Shown in pieces: positions 10,082 through 10,744 of a DNA stretch of 10,744 nt. The translations under genes and the position numbers were made by a program. The stretch is from Vulcanimicrobiales bacterium (lineage in GTDB: Bacteria > Vulcanimicrobiota > Vulcanimicrobiia > Vulcanimicrobiales > Vulcanimicrobiaceae), in contig JBBQQR010000036.1 in the NCBI GenBank assembly GCA_038215615.1, positions 1-10,744 on the forward strand, in the 5' to 3' direction. Every line of letters starts with the position of its first letter. Positions within the stretch are counted from its first letter, which is position 1. Below the pieces are notes generated by a model. That model did no database searches. It saw only the letters and a program-made list of their open reading frames with translations, and was not told where the DNA came from.

Positions 10082-10189
10082 GATGCGCCATGGTTCTTTC
10101 TCACACAATATGGCGTGGCACAATTTCAATCACGTCCCTCTTTAGCGCTCCGAAACTCTTACGTGCGCCTCTCGAGCTGCAAAGATCGG

Positions 10190-10477
10190 CTGCGATCTGC
10201 ACGGATTGCGCCGCCGGATCGATGCCGGTAATCCGTTGGTTCTACAGGAGATCGATTGCGGCTTTTTGTAAAAGCGAGGAAACTCTAAGAATATGCGCTG
10301 TTCGGATATTTCGTCGCGTAAGCGATCTTTGGAAAGCGGCGGACGTTCGTACGGCGGATCGGGTTCCTCGCCGAAGAACACGATCTCGCCGTCGAAGGGT
10401 TCCGCTCGCAGCGCTCGCGCCGCGCTAAAGCCGGCCAGGCCGCCACCGGCAATAACGTAGGTCTTCTTTTTATTCAC
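10190..10477 (-). pseudogene. Degraded N-terminal fragment of an FAD-dependent ferredoxin reductase (pyridine nucleotide-disulphide oxidoreductase family)
   Basis: GTG 10477 start: NKKKTYVIAGGGLAGFSAARALR..FDGEI..GEE...PYERPPLSK. Similarity continues only after a frameshift near the A5 run (10263-10267) as AAIDLL*NQRITGIDPAAQSVQI, with an in-frame TAG (10242-10244), and is then lost. About 95 codons versus roughly 400 aa for the family. Confidence 0.85.
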
Positions 10478-10531
10478 GGTGAGTCGAGGAACTCGGCAAG
10501 GAATTAGCGCGCGCAAAGGAACCGTTGATGA

Positions 10532-10744
10532 GTGGAGCCCCAGCCTAAGCTTCTTACGTTAGGGCACGGAACCGCGACCGCGGACGAACTTGCGGCCCTG
10601 ATTCGCGATGCCGGCATCGAGCTGATCGTGGACGTCCGGACGGTGCCCAAGAGCCGCCGGCATCCCCACTTCTGGCGCGAAGCAATGGAAGTCTGGGTTC
10701 CGGAACGCAGTGGGAGCGCATATCTCTGGCAACCGGCGCTCGGC
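10532..10744 (+). CDS. DUF488 family protein, 3'-partial (not in the ORF track)
   Basis: Manual translation from GTG 10532: MEPQPKLLTLGHGTATADELAALIRDAGIELIVDVRTVPKSRRHPHFWREAMEVWVPERSGSAYLWQPALG, matching T.GH / DVR..P.SRR.P.F / Y....LG. AAGGA lies at 10516-10520. Confidence 0.85.
   Translation, partial: MEPQPKLLTLGHGTATADELAALIRDAGIELIVDVRTVPKSRRHPHFWREAMEVWVPERSGSAYLWQPALG

Noticed and set aside
10116..10131. TGGCAC as a sigma-54 -24 element
   Set aside because: No TTGC -12 element at the required spacing here or at the opposite-strand copy near 10020-10025.
9977..10140. CRISPR array or intrinsic terminator after tRNA-Sec
   Set aside because: Repeats are only 9-11 bp, two copies each, with no repeat-spacer periodicity. 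The CTTATG/CATAAG hairpin (9979-9999) is weak and has no U-tract.
10242..10244. In-frame stop in the reductase fragment as a recoded codon
   Set aside because: It is UAG rather than UGA and is accompanied by a frameshift and truncation, so pseudogenisation is the simpler explanation.
10090..10428. 112-aa plus-strand ORF
   Set aside because: Antisense to the reductase pseudogene, with no RBS or recognisable motif.

Overview
Compact, GC-rich bacterial chromosomal region bracketed by two selenocysteine-pathway genes. It opens with the 3' end of selB, followed by a stop/start-overlapped chain: adenine/adenosine deaminase, clpB, and a 3-TM protein resembling the Pycsar membrane effector (PycTM/DUF5706) with no cyclase in view. 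On the minus strand, typA/bipA is coupled to a chagasin-type (I42) protease inhibitor. Divergent from typA is an orphan beta-class DNA methyltransferase with an extra C-terminal Myb/GcrA-like helical domain. Next come a lipoprotein (six tectonin-like repeats plus a COG4315-type domain), a SnoaL/NTF2-like protein and tRNA-Sec (UCA). Just after the tRNA lie a repeat-rich, AT-richer spacer, a ferredoxin-reductase pseudogene and the start of a DUF488 gene, which may mark an island boundary at selC. All family calls come from motif recognition by eye; no database search was run.
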